NCBI GenBank assembly: GCA_031362565.1
Contig: JANLSU010000039.1
Location: 1-64,000, forward strand
Direction of reading: 5' to 3'
Origin: a bacterium
GTDB taxonomy: Bacteria > Krumholzibacteriota > Krumholzibacteriia > G020349025
DNA length: 64,000 nucleotides
Below the pieces are notes generated by a model. It worked only from the letters and a program-made list of their open reading frames with translations. It had not been told where the DNA came from and searched no databases. The translations under genes and the position numbers were made by a program. Positions 17,155 through 26,655 of this stretch are shown here, piece by piece (the stretch's first letter is position 1; every line of letters begins with the position of its first letter).

Positions 17155-18549
17155 TCAATCGTGCAGCACGGTGCCCTTGTCGAGTCCGTAGCGCTGGATC
17201 TTGCGATACAACGTCGAGGCGTTGATGCCCAGGATCGAGCTGGCTTTTTTCTTTTGCCACCCGGTCTCGTTCAAAACGGTGACCAGGTATTCCTTTTCGA
17301 GTTCCTCGAGAGTCACTTTCGGACCACCCTCGAAGAGCTTCTTGCCACCCGCGGCCGTGGTGCGGCGCGTCAGGATTTCCGGCAGGTCGTTGACATCGAG
17401 CAGATTGCCGCCCTGGAGAATCACCGAGCGCTCGATGATGTTCTCCAATTCGCGGACGTTGCCCGGCCAGTCGTAGTCCACCAGGATCTGCATCGCGTCC
17501 TTGGTGATGCTCTGCGTCACGTCCTTTGTATCCGGCTTGCATTTGCGCAGGAAGTGGTACACGAGAAGCGGGATATCCTCACGCCGGTCGCGGAGCGGCG
17601 GCAGCAAGAGCGGAATGACGTTCAAGCGGTAGAAGAGATCGGCCCGGAAGTTTCCGTGCGCCACTTCCTGCTCGAGATCGCGATTCGTGGCGGCGATGAC
17701 CCGCACGTCGATCTTGATGGGGCTCGTGCCGCCGACCGGGATAATTTCCTTCTCCTGCAGCACGCGCAGCAGCTTCACCTGGATGGCCGGCGACGTCTCG
17801 CCGATCTCGTCCAAGAGGAACGTGCCGCCGGTCGCCACCTTGAACAGGCCTTCTTTGTCGCGAATAGCGCCCGTGAAGCTGCCCTTGACGTGCCCGAAGA
17901 GTTCCGACTCCAGCAGGCTCTCCGGCAAGGCGCCGCAGTTGATGCTGACGAACGCCGCGCCGGCGCGCCCGGACCGGAAGTGGATGGCGCGTGCCACCAG
18001 TTCCTTGCCGGTACCGCTCTCGCCGTGAATCAGGATGGTGCTGTCGGTCGGGGCGATCTTTTCCACCATCTCGAACAGCTTCTGCATGCCGTGGCCCTTG
18101 CCGATGATCATCTTGGCGTCGCCGGCGTCGCGCTTGTAGGGCGCCCGCGGCGTCCCGCTGCCGCTGCTGTCGGTGCGTGCCCGGCGCATTTGGATGGCGT
18201 TATTGACCACCATCTTGATTTCGTCGTTCTTGGCGTGCTTGATCAGGTAGTGGAACGCGCCCTTGTTGACGGCGTCGATTGCCGTCTTCTGCGACGCATA
18301 CGCGGCCATGATGATGACCGGCATGTCCGGATCGATGGCCTTGAGGCCGGACAACACTTGGATGCCGTCCAGCTCGCGCATCTTGACGTCGCTGATCGCC
18401 AGATCGAACTTGCGGGCCTTGGCCTCGCGCAGGGCGTCGACGCCCGAACGCACGGCCACGACTTCGAAACCTTCCTTCTGCAGCATGATCGTCAGGTACT
18501 GACACATGCTCTCTTCGTCGTCCACGATCAGGATTCGCTCGGCGGCCAT
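17155..18549 (-). CDS. pilR: sigma54-dependent response regulator (NtrC family, PilR-like)
   Basis: Receiver domain (ILIVDDE, SDVKM), AAA+ domain (GESGTGKE, GSFTGA, LDEIG, FRADLFYRL, WPGNVREL) and Fis HTH; GAAGGAG RBS before ATG 18549. Confidence 0.9.
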   Translation of the reverse strand: MAAERILIVDDEESMCQYLTIMLQKEGFEVVAVRSGVDALREAKARKFDLAISDVKMRELDGIQVLSGLKAIDPDMPVIIMAAYASQKTAIDAVNKGAFHYLIKHAKNDEIKMVVNNAIQMRRARTDSSGSGTPRAPYKRDAGDAKMIIGKGHGMQKLFEMVEKIAPTDSTILIHGESGTGKELVARAIHFRSGRAGAAFVSINCGALPESLLESELFGHVKGSFTGAIRDKEGLFKVATGGTFLLDEIGETSPAIQVKLLRVLQEKEIIPVGGTSPIKIDVRVIAATNRDLEQEVAHGNFRADLFYRLNVIPLLLPPLRDRREDIPLLVYHFLRKCKPDTKDVTQSITKDAMQILVDYDWPGNVRELENIIERSVILQGGNLLDVNDLPEILTRRTTAAGGKKLFEGGPKVTLEELEKEYLVTVLNETGWQKKKASSILGINASTLYRKIQRYGLDKGTVLHD

Positions 18550-18709
18550 CGGCGTGCTCCTTCGTCCAGTCCCCCGTGCCCCGCGCTCCGCGTCGGGCAT
18601 CCGTCCTCTTCAACCCCAAGGTGCAGGCGCGCCGAACGGCGCCCGCTCTTTGATCCGATAGGCGTCCGCGCCGCACCGCCACAGTTGGGCGGCGTGCGGA
18701 GCCTGCCGT

Positions 18710-20020
18710 TCACCCGGTCACGCGCCCGCCGGCTTCGGCATGCGCCTCTTCGGTGTCGTCGTCCATGAACGATGCGGCATCCAGCGCCGCGCTCTCGCCT
18801 TCCGGCAGGTAGATGGCGAACTCGGCGCCACCTTCGGGCAGCGTCGTCGCGTCGATCCTGCCGCCATGATTTTCGACGATGCGCGCCGCCACCGAGAGTC
18901 CGAGCCCGGTGCCCTGCGCTTTGGTGGTGTGGAACGGCTCGAAAATGGCCGACTCCTGCCCCGCCGGCAATCCCGGCCCGGTGTCCCGAAACGACAAGCG
19001 CACGCAGGGCGTGTCGAGCAACCCGACCTCGTCGCCGGTCGACGACTCGGTGGTAATCAGCAGCGTGCCCTTGTGTTCCATGGCTTCGAACGCATTGAGC
19101 GCCAGGTTCACATAGACCTGTTTCATCTGGCCTTCGTCGATCCGCGCCTGGGCGGTGCCCCCGGTGCGGTCGTCGACGCGAATTGCCAGGTCGTCACCGA
19201 TCTCCGGGTGGCAGCGCAGCAGTGTTACGACCTCGTCGAGGCCGACGGCCACGGGCGTCAACTGCGCCTGCAAGGGCCGGACGCGGGCGTATTCCAGGAA
19301 GTCGTCCAGGATGCGGTTCAAGCGCTCGCTCTCCTTGACGATCAGATCCATCAGCTTGCGCTGTTCGCCGCGCACCGGCAGCTCGTCACGCAACATGTCG
19401 GTGCTGTTGGCGATGGCAGCGAGCGGATTGCGGATTTCATGCGCGATGCTCGCCGACAGCTCACCGACCGCCGCCAAACGATCGGCGCGGCGAACCCGCT
19501 CCTGCATCCGGCGCACATCCGAGAGGTCTTGAAACGTCGCCAAGAGGCCGCGTTCCTCGCCGCTCGCAGTCCGCAACAGAGCGCTCGAAAGGCCGATCGG
19601 CCGCCCACTGCCGTTCGATGGGGTGACCGGCATTTCGAAGCGGTGAATCGGGCTCTTGTCGCGCAATGACCGGTCGAGCTTCTCGAACAGGAGCGGCGCC
19701 CGCACCGCGAAGGCCTCGCGCAGCGTGCGGCCGCGGACTTCGCCGGCCGCGACCCCCAAGATGCGCTCGGCGGCGGGATTGAAATTGACGATGCGCCCGC
19801 TCAGATCGACCGTCAGGAGCCCGCCCGAGAGACTATTGAGCACTGCCTCCGTCTCGCCGATCAGGCGGCGCAGGGCGACCCGATAGTTGGCGACTCGCAC
19901 GTGCAGGAGTGCGGACAGCACGAGAGCCAGGCACGCCGTGGCGGCAGCCCAGGCACCCTGGCCGTTGGCGCCCAGGAGGACGGCGATACCGCACGCGGCG
20001 GCGGCGATCATCCACACCAA
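18710..20020 (-). CDS. pilS: PAS-domain sensor histidine kinase (PilS-like)
   Basis: Short TM region, PAS domain ([10 protein letters not shown]), H-box [10 protein letters not shown] box NLALNA, G boxes DTGPG and GTGLGL; upstream of pilR. Confidence 0.85.
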   Translation of the reverse strand: MVWMIAAAACGIAVLLGANGQGAWAAATACLALVLSALLHVRVANYRVALRRLIGETEAVLNSLSGGLLTVDLSGRIVNFNPAAERILGVAAGEVRGRTLREAFAVRAPLLFEKLDRSLRDKSPIHRFEMPVTPSNGSGRPIGLSSALLRTASGEERGLLATFQDLSDVRRMQERVRRADRLAAVGELSASIAHEIRNPLAAIANSTDMLRDELPVRGEQRKLMDLIVKESERLNRILDDFLEYARVRPLQAQLTPVAVGLDEVVTLLRCHPEIGDDLAIRVDDRTGGTAQARIDEGQMKQVYVNLALNAFEAMEHKGTLLITTESSTGDEVGLLDTPCVRLSFRDTGPGLPAGQESAIFEPFHTTKAQGTGLGLSVAARIVENHGGRIDATTLPEGGAEFAIYLPEGESAALDAASFMDDDTEEAHAEAGGRVTG

Positions 20021-20062
20021 CTTCTGCCCCTCCCCTTCAACCCCACCGACTGCCGGTCCGAA

Positions 20063-21280
20063 TCAGCTATTCCCAATGACCGTGACGAGCTTGAACATCG
20101 GCAAGTACATGGCGACCAACATCCCGCCGACCACGACGCCCATGATGACGATCATGGCCGGTTCGATGACCGACGTCAGCTGCTCGACCGCGGCGTCGAC
20201 TTCCTCGTCGTAGAAGTCGGCAATCTTGGCCAACATCTCGTCGAGAGCACCGGTCTGCTCGCCGACGGCGATCATCTGGACCACCATGGGCGGGAACACG
20301 TCGCACGCCTTCAGCGGCTCGGCGATGGTGTTACCCTCGCTGATGCTGCCGCGCGTCTTCATGATCGCCTCTTCGACGATGGCGTTGCCGGCGGTGCGCG
20401 CCGTGATATCGAGGCCTTCCAAGATCGGCACGCCGGAGCTGATGAGGGTTCCGAGCGTGCGCGTGAAACGCGCCACGGCGGCGCGCCGGATGATCGAACC
20501 GAGGATCGGCACCTTCAGGAACAAGCCATCCAGTTTGTAGTGGCCGGCCGGGCTCCGGTAATACGCTTTGCCCGCGACCGCGAGGCCGACGCTGCCGCCG
20601 AACAACGCCCACCACCAGTGTTTGAGCAGTCCCGAAAGGCCCATGACGATCTTGGTCGGCATCGGCAATTGGCCGCCAAAGTCCGCGAACATTTTCGCGA
20701 AGGTCGGAATGATGAACAGCAGCATGAAGGTCGTGGCGCCGCCGGCCACCAAGACGACGATGGCCGGGTACGTCATGGCGCCCTTGACCTTGCGCTTGAG
20801 CGCTTCGGCCTTTTCCAGATAGATGGCGAGGCGCTGAAAGATGGTGTCGAGCACACCGCCCGCTTCGCCGGCGCTCACCATGTTCACGTACAGTTTGTTG
20901 AAGACGTTGGGGTGCTTGGCCATGCCTTCGGCGAGCGTCGATCCCTGCTCGACGCTCGACATGACTTCCAGGATGACCCGCTTGAATTCCGGGTTGTCGG
21001 ACTGCTGTCCCAAAATGTTGAGACACTGGACGAGCGGCAGGCCGGCGTTGATCATGGTCGCGAACTGGCGCGTGAAGACGCCCTGGTCGCGCGTCGTGAC
21101 TTTTTGTTTCCGCGCGAACCTCAGTTCGCGGTTGACGGCCGTCTTGGGCGTCACCGACGTAATCAAAATACGCCGCTTGCGGAGCTGCGAAACCAGCTCC
21201 TGCTTGTCCTCGGCCACCAGTTCGCCGCTCAGGACCTCGCCCGCGGGAGTCCGGCCCTTCCACAGAAATGTCGTTGCCAT
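20063..21280 (-). CDS. pilC: Type IV pilus platform protein PilC (GspF family)
   Basis: FTRQFATMINAGLPL, AGEAGG.LD, AMTYP, FTRTLGTL.SSGVPI, VGEQTG.LD, AMYLPMF; GAGGAGG RBS. Confidence 0.95.
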   Translation of the reverse strand: MATTFLWKGRTPAGEVLSGELVAEDKQELVSQLRKRRILITSVTPKTAVNRELRFARKQKVTTRDQGVFTRQFATMINAGLPLVQCLNILGQQSDNPEFKRVILEVMSSVEQGSTLAEGMAKHPNVFNKLYVNMVSAGEAGGVLDTIFQRLAIYLEKAEALKRKVKGAMTYPAIVVLVAGGATTFMLLFIIPTFAKMFADFGGQLPMPTKIVMGLSGLLKHWWWALFGGSVGLAVAGKAYYRSPAGHYKLDGLFLKVPILGSIIRRAAVARFTRTLGTLISSGVPILEGLDITARTAGNAIVEEAIMKTRGSISEGNTIAEPLKACDVFPPMVVQMIAVGEQTGALDEMLAKIADFYDEEVDAAVEQLTSVIEPAMIVIMGVVVGGMLVAMYLPMFKLVTVIGNS

Positions 21281-21312
21281 CGCGGCCTCCTCTTCCCCAG
21301 CGCTTGCCGTGC

Positions 21313-22386
21313 TCAGACTTTCGTCGTCGTGTGACCCAGCATTTGATTCAGTTCCGTTGGATCGGGGCTGTGCGACATCGCGTCTTCGACGCTCACGAGC
21401 CGGTTCATGCTCGCGGCGGCAAGCCCCTGATTCAGCGTCTGCATGCCGTATTTTTGTCCGGCCTGCATGAGGCCGTAGATTTGATGCACCTTGTTTTCGC
21501 GAATCGTCGCGCGAATGGCCGGCGTGCACATCATGATCTCGGCGACCAGCACCCGGCCCCGGCCACTGGCGCGCGGCAACAGCACCTGGGTCACGACAGC
21601 TTCCAGCACGAACGCCAGTTGGGCCCGAATCTGCGCTTGTTGCTGCGCCGGGAACGAATCGACGATGCGGTTGATCGACTCGAACGTGCTGTTCGTATGC
21701 AGAGTCGCCAGGCACAGGTGCCCGGTCTCGGCCAGGGTCAGCGCCGCACTCATCGTCTCGTTGTCGCGCATTTCACCGATCAGAATCACGTCCGGGTCCT
21801 GCCGCAACACGTGTTTCATCGCCTTCGGGAAGCTGTCGGTGTCCGACTTGACTTCGCGTTGATTGACGATGCACTTCTTGTGTTCATGGACGTACTCGAT
21901 CGGGTCCTCGATCGTCACGATGTGCGCCCGGCGCTCGGAGTTGATCTTGTCGATCATGCTCGCCAACGTCGTCGACTTACCGCTGCCCGTCGGCCCGGTC
22001 ACCAGGATCAAGCCCTTGGGGCGCGCCGTCAGCGTCTCGACGACCTTCGGCAGGCCCAGTTCGCGGAAGCTCATGATCTTGTATGGAATCTGCCGGATGG
22101 CCATCGTCACGACGCCGCGCTGCAGAAAGACGTTGCAGCGGAAGCGCGACAAGCCGGCGACACCGAACGACAGGTCGAGTTCCTTCTCGCCTTCGAAGCG
22201 GCGCTTTTGCTCGTCGTTCAGCACACTATAGGCGAGCTTGGCGCAGCTCTCCGGGTCGAGCACTGCGTACTCGCTGCTGGTGATCTCACCATCGACGCGA
22301 AACTGCGGCGGCAGTCCGGCCGTGATGTGCAGATCGCTCGCACGCATTTCGATCATCTTCTCGAGCAACTCACGCAAATGAAGCAC
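21313..22386 (-). CDS. pilT: Type IV pilus retraction ATPase
   Basis: ASDLHIT, GPTGSGKST, TIEDPIE, LRQDPDVILIGEMRD, AETGH, TLHT, AIRATIRE, GMQT. Confidence 0.96.
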   Translation of the reverse strand: MLHLRELLEKMIEMRASDLHITAGLPPQFRVDGEITSSEYAVLDPESCAKLAYSVLNDEQKRRFEGEKELDLSFGVAGLSRFRCNVFLQRGVVTMAIRQIPYKIMSFRELGLPKVVETLTARPKGLILVTGPTGSGKSTTLASMIDKINSERRAHIVTIEDPIEYVHEHKKCIVNQREVKSDTDSFPKAMKHVLRQDPDVILIGEMRDNETMSAALTLAETGHLCLATLHTNSTFESINRIVDSFPAQQQAQIRAQLAFVLEAVVTQVLLPRASGRGRVLVAEIMMCTPAIRATIRENKVHQIYGLMQAGQKYGMQTLNQGLAAASMNRLVSVEDAMSHSPDPTELNQMLGHTTTKV

Positions 22387-22404
22387 GATGCGCCTCCCGC
22401 CCGG

Positions 22405-24108
22405 TCAGTTTTCGAGGTCGTCGTCGCGTGCCGTTTCCTTCAGCACTTCCTCGACCGTCGTAATCCCGTCACGAATTTTCATGATTCCATGCATGCGTAG
22501 TGTGACCATGCCCTCTTGGACCGCGTGCCGCTTGATATCGATGCCGGAGGCCCGCTCCAGGATCATCTGGCGAATCACTTGCGACAGCGTCAGTACCTCA
22601 TAGAACCCGAGACGCCCTGCGTAGCCCGTCATGTTGCAATCGGCGCAGCCTTTTCCCTGGTGCATGGGCAGCGCGCCTTGGCGTGGGTCCCAGCCCAGCT
22701 CCTTCATGACCTCGGCGTTGGCGTCGCCCACTGCCACCTTGCAGCGTTTGCAGATCCGGCGCGCGAGACGCTGCGCCAAGATGAGGTTCACCGAACTCGC
22801 GACCAGGAAGGGTTCGACACCCATGTCGATCATGCGATTCACGGTGCTGGCGCTGTCGTTGGTGTGCATGGTCGACAGCACGAGATGGCCCGTGAGGGCC
22901 GCCTTGACGGCGATCGACGCCGTATCCAAGTCGCGGATTTCTCCCACCATGACCACGTTCGGGTCCTGGCGCAGGAAGGCCTTGAGTGCCGCCGAGAACG
23001 TCAGGCCGATGTCCTCATGGATGAGCACCTGGTTGATGCCTTCGAGGTTGTACTCGACCGGATCCTCGGCGGTCATGATGTTGCGCTCGGGCGTGTTGAT
23101 GCGCGCCAACGCCGAATAGAGAGTTGTCGTCTTGCCGCTGCCGGTCGGACCGGTGACCAGCACCATGCCGTAAGGGGCGTCGATCGCCCGCAGCAGGCTC
23201 CGCAGGCCGACCTCGTCGAAGCCGAGTTTCGCCAAATCGTGCTGCAAATTCGACTGATCGAGGATACGCATCACGACCTTCTCGCCGAAGATCGTCGGCA
23301 CGGTCGAAACACGAACGTCGATTTTTTTGTCCTTGATCTTGAGCTTGATTCGCCCATCCTGCGGTACGCGCCGCTCGGCGATGTCGAGTTCCGACATGAT
23401 CTTCAGGCGCGAGGTGATCGCCGCGCGCATTTTGAACGGCGGATTCATGATCTCGTGCAGCACGCCGTCGATGCGATACCGCACCCGCATGCGCGCCTCG
23501 TACGGCTCGATGTGGATATCGGTTGCGCCGCGGCGCAGCGCCTCACCGAGAATCGAGCTCACCAGCTTGACCACGGGCGCGTCGTCGCTCATGGCGGCCG
23601 AGGCGTTCAGTTCTTCTTCGGTCGGATCCTCGACGACTTCGACATCGGCGTCCATCTCACGCATTACCGAGGCCAGCGAGTCGATGGAATCGTAGTGCTT
23701 GTCGATCGCCTTTTTGATCGCGCCCTCGGACGCCACCACCGCCCGCACTTCGAAGCCGGTGATGAACTTGATGTCGTCGATCGCGAAGATGTTGCTCGGA
23801 TTCGCCATCGCCAGCATGAGGGTGCGACCGCTACGTTGGATGGGAATCACTTGGAATTTGGTGGCGACCTCGGCCGGGACGAGCGCGACGATATCCTTCG
23901 GGATCTCGACGCCCGAAAGATCCACCGCCGGAACGCGATGCGTGCGGCTCAGAAACTGGAGATAGTCGTTCTCCGCCAGCGCGCCCAAACGCACCAGCGC
24001 CGCGCCGAGCGAACTGCCGTCGCGCGCGCGCAGCTTGTTGGCATTGTCCAGTTGCTCGCGAGTGACGAGCGAGGCCTCGAGCAACTGGGTTGCAATGCGG
24101 TCCTCCAC
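22405..24108 (-). CDS. pilB: Type IV pilus extension ATPase
   Basis: DIHIEP, RYRIDG, LDIAERRVPQDG, GPTGSGKTT, AEDPVE, LRQDPN.VMVGEIRD, Zn-binding C..C / GCADC..TGY.GR. Confidence 0.96.
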   Translation of the reverse strand: MEDRIATQLLEASLVTREQLDNANKLRARDGSSLGAALVRLGALAENDYLQFLSRTHRVPAVDLSGVEIPKDIVALVPAEVATKFQVIPIQRSGRTLMLAMANPSNIFAIDDIKFITGFEVRAVVASEGAIKKAIDKHYDSIDSLASVMREMDADVEVVEDPTEEELNASAAMSDDAPVVKLVSSILGEALRRGATDIHIEPYEARMRVRYRIDGVLHEIMNPPFKMRAAITSRLKIMSELDIAERRVPQDGRIKLKIKDKKIDVRVSTVPTIFGEKVVMRILDQSNLQHDLAKLGFDEVGLRSLLRAIDAPYGMVLVTGPTGSGKTTTLYSALARINTPERNIMTAEDPVEYNLEGINQVLIHEDIGLTFSAALKAFLRQDPNVVMVGEIRDLDTASIAVKAALTGHLVLSTMHTNDSASTVNRMIDMGVEPFLVASSVNLILAQRLARRICKRCKVAVGDANAEVMKELGWDPRQGALPMHQGKGCADCNMTGYAGRLGFYEVLTLSQVIRQMILERASGIDIKRHAVQEGMVTLRMHGIMKIRDGITTVEEVLKETARDDDLEN

Positions 24109-24174
24109 CTCTCGCCTCCGCGATCGTCAGGGTCTGGATGCGTGCGCGCCGCGTTGCAGATTCACAGCCGTTGC

Positions 24175-24190
24175 TGCAATCCACATGCCC
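24175..24190 (-). promoter_or_regulatory. Putative sigma54 promoter of pilB
   Basis: Minus strand GGGCAT-GTGGA-TTGCA; shares GGCATGTG..TTGC with the pilA promoter. Confidence 0.7.
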
Positions 24191-24418
24191 GCCCCAGGGA
24201 TGCAGGCGGTGAATCGGGCGGCGCGCTCCGTGGGGCGGCGTGCGATTCCCAAGACGGCACTGGAGAGCTTGGGCAAAATGCATTCCGGAACCGGCCCGGC
24301 ATGGGACCGGCGCGGCACGCTGCACGGCAGTCCCTGCCGGTGCGACACCCAACGAACGTTTACGCCACGATGCGCTGCACCTCGGCCTGACAGGCGGGCA
24401 CGGCCGATGACGGACGGT

Positions 24419-24892
24419 TCATTCGAACCGCACGTGCGGCGCCAACCGCGCCGCCACGCGCGGCCCGATGCCCTTCACACGGCGGAGATCGGTGAGGCTC
24501 CGAAACGCACCGTGCGCTTGGCGCTCGTCGACGATGCGCTGTGCCAACACCGGCCCTACACCCGGCAGGCGTTGCAGTTCTGCCAGGCTGGCGGCATTCA
24601 CCGCCACCGGCGGTGTACTGCCGCCGCGTTGCGCATCGTGGCCGGTATTGCCTCCGGCGCCGCCATCGCGGTGCATGGCACTGTGCGTGCCGGGAGAAGT
24701 GCTGTCGGTGGTTGCTGCCTCGGCGTGGGCGCGTCGCGGCGCTGCCGGCGCGCGGGCCAAGGCGACCAGTGAATCGAGACCGCCGACCGACGAAGACGAA
24801 GTATTTTCGAAGCTGAGATCGAGCCCGTCCAGAATGCGGCCCGCGACCAGCACCGCGAGCACGATCGCGGCGCCGCGTTGGCGTGAAGTCAT
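24419..24892 (-). CDS. comEA: ComEA-family helix-hairpin-helix DNA-binding protein
   Basis: N-terminal TM/signal, linker, VNAAS.AEL..LPGVGP.LA.RIV.ER...G.F.S..DL..VKGIG. Confidence 0.85.
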   Translation of the reverse strand: MTSRQRGAAIVLAVLVAGRILDGLDLSFENTSSSSVGGLDSLVALARAPAAPRRAHAEAATTDSTSPGTHSAMHRDGGAGGNTGHDAQRGGSTPPVAVNAASLAELQRLPGVGPVLAQRIVDERQAHGAFRSLTDLRRVKGIGPRVAARLAPHVRFE

Positions 24893-24939
24893 GTGTCCTG
24901 GTGCCTTCCGGGGAGGAACCGGAGACCGTCGTTGCCGAA

Positions 24940-26655
24940 TCAGTCGATCATGCGCCAGCGGATCCCGAGCAGGAACGTGCGGCCCGGCCAGAGGACGCCC
25001 GGAAACGACTCGAGCTGTGCGTCAGCGACGTTTTGCACCGCAAAGAAGACGTGGGCGAGTTGCAGCACCTGTGCATCGGCGACCACGTCGCCGTCGACCG
25101 CGCGTGGCAAGCGCGCCGTAGCCCCGAAGACGCGGTCCGCGTCCCATCGCCAGGTCGTTTCGAGCCGGACGACCAAGTCGTTTTGGAACAGCCGGCAACC
25201 GGCATGGGCGTGCAGACGAGCCTGCGACTCCGGCAAGCCGGCGCGGTCTCCAGTCAGGTGCGGAATCCACGCGCCACCGCCGCCGGCGCCACCGAACCAA
25301 CGTTTGCCGTCGCCATGGACATCGATGTCCGCGAGCCCGCCCGCGAGTTGCTGTGGCCCCTTGCCGGTCCCCGGGAACACCGCCAACGCGCCGGCATCCC
25401 GGTCCTGCAATCGCTTCGCAAACCCCTGCAGGCGCAAGTCCAGAATCGGCGCGTGGTGCGCGAAGTCGAGTTGCGCATGCTCGCCACGGCGAATCGCCAC
25501 CGGCGACACGAGCCCACCGAACTGGACCTCCCGGCCACCGCTCGCCGATACAGTCCACGCACCGATGTCGACAGCGGTGCCGGCCGTCGCGCTCCAGTCG
25601 ACCGGCGCGCGTCCATCGTGATGCGCACCCCCCGTGACACTGAAGCGCCACACTCCGCCGTGGCCGAATTCGGCTTCGGCCTGCTGGCGCCGGACGCGAA
25701 TGTCGATGGGACGTACGAGCGAGATTCCGTCCGCGGTGGCTTCGGTGACGCGCGCCCGCAGCCACAACGACCAAGCGTCGGGATGCGACCAGCCAAAATC
25801 CAGCGCTGCATCGCTCCGGCCGCTCCGCAGACTGCGGTCCGCGGCGGCGATCTCGCGCGGTTCGTCCCACGAATGATGGCCGACATCGACGAGCAGCCGT
25901 GCCGAACCGACCGGGCGGTCCCAACGCAAGTGGGTGCGATTCGCGCCGGTGGAAACGTGATCGGTGTCGGCGCGAAGGTCGCCGTGGGCGTTCGAATCCT
26001 GGCGCCAATGCGCCAACTGGACGCGATCGGTGCCGCGCCCCAGGTCGATGCGCACGCCGAGTTGGCGATCCGCGAAGGCGCCAAATTGCGGCGGTGGATC
26101 GAGTCCCGGAACGGTGCGAAACTCTTCGTCGTCGCGCAACACCTCGTCGTAGGTGAGGCTGGCGGTCAGAGTGCGTTCCGGGGTGTAAAACTGTACCCGG
26201 CGCGTCCGGGTGCCGACACCGCCGCGCCCCAGGTCGAGGTCGGCGCTCGGCGCGCCACGTTCCGGAGTATGGGTCCAGAGCGCGATGCGCGCCGGGTCGG
26301 TGGTGCGGAAAACCTCGACGCGTTCGACGGCGCCAAGTGCCATCGCCTGCAGGCGTGGCCATTCGAGCTCCGGACTGGTGATCTCGACGCCGTCCAGGGT
26401 GATCTGCACGCGGCCGTTCTGGGAGCCCAGAACCTGCACGAACTCCAAGTTGCCCATGCCGCCACTGCGCGCGATGACGACGCCGGGCACGCGCCGCAGC
26501 AAATCCTCGAGGGTCAGGGGTTCGAGCCCGAGCCAGTCCGCGCGCCGCAGAACAACGTCCGGTACGGCGGCATTAGGAGCCAGCGGGACGATCTGCGCCG
26601 CAGCCAGCGAGACGAACGCGCCGGTCACGCCAAGCGCGACGAGAATACGCCTCAT
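24940..26655 (-). CDS. TonB-dependent receptor-like outer membrane protein (plug domain plus beta-barrel)
   Basis: Signal peptide; plug-like DLLRRVPGV...G......V.I..DGV; C-terminal NV.D......PG...PGR.F.LG.RW; ATGA overlap with the S-component gene. Confidence 0.7.
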   Translation of the reverse strand: MRRILVALGVTGAFVSLAAAQIVPLAPNAAVPDVVLRRADWLGLEPLTLEDLLRRVPGVVIARSGGMGNLEFVQVLGSQNGRVQITLDGVEITSPELEWPRLQAMALGAVERVEVFRTTDPARIALWTHTPERGAPSADLDLGRGGVGTRTRRVQFYTPERTLTASLTYDEVLRDDEEFRTVPGLDPPPQFGAFADRQLGVRIDLGRGTDRVQLAHWRQDSNAHGDLRADTDHVSTGANRTHLRWDRPVGSARLLVDVGHHSWDEPREIAAADRSLRSGRSDAALDFGWSHPDAWSLWLRARVTEATADGISLVRPIDIRVRRQQAEAEFGHGGVWRFSVTGGAHHDGRAPVDWSATAGTAVDIGAWTVSASGGREVQFGGLVSPVAIRRGEHAQLDFAHHAPILDLRLQGFAKRLQDRDAGALAVFPGTGKGPQQLAGGLADIDVHGDGKRWFGGAGGGGAWIPHLTGDRAGLPESQARLHAHAGCRLFQNDLVVRLETTWRWDADRVFGATARLPRAVDGDVVADAQVLQLAHVFFAVQNVADAQLESFPGVLWPGRTFLLGIRWRMID

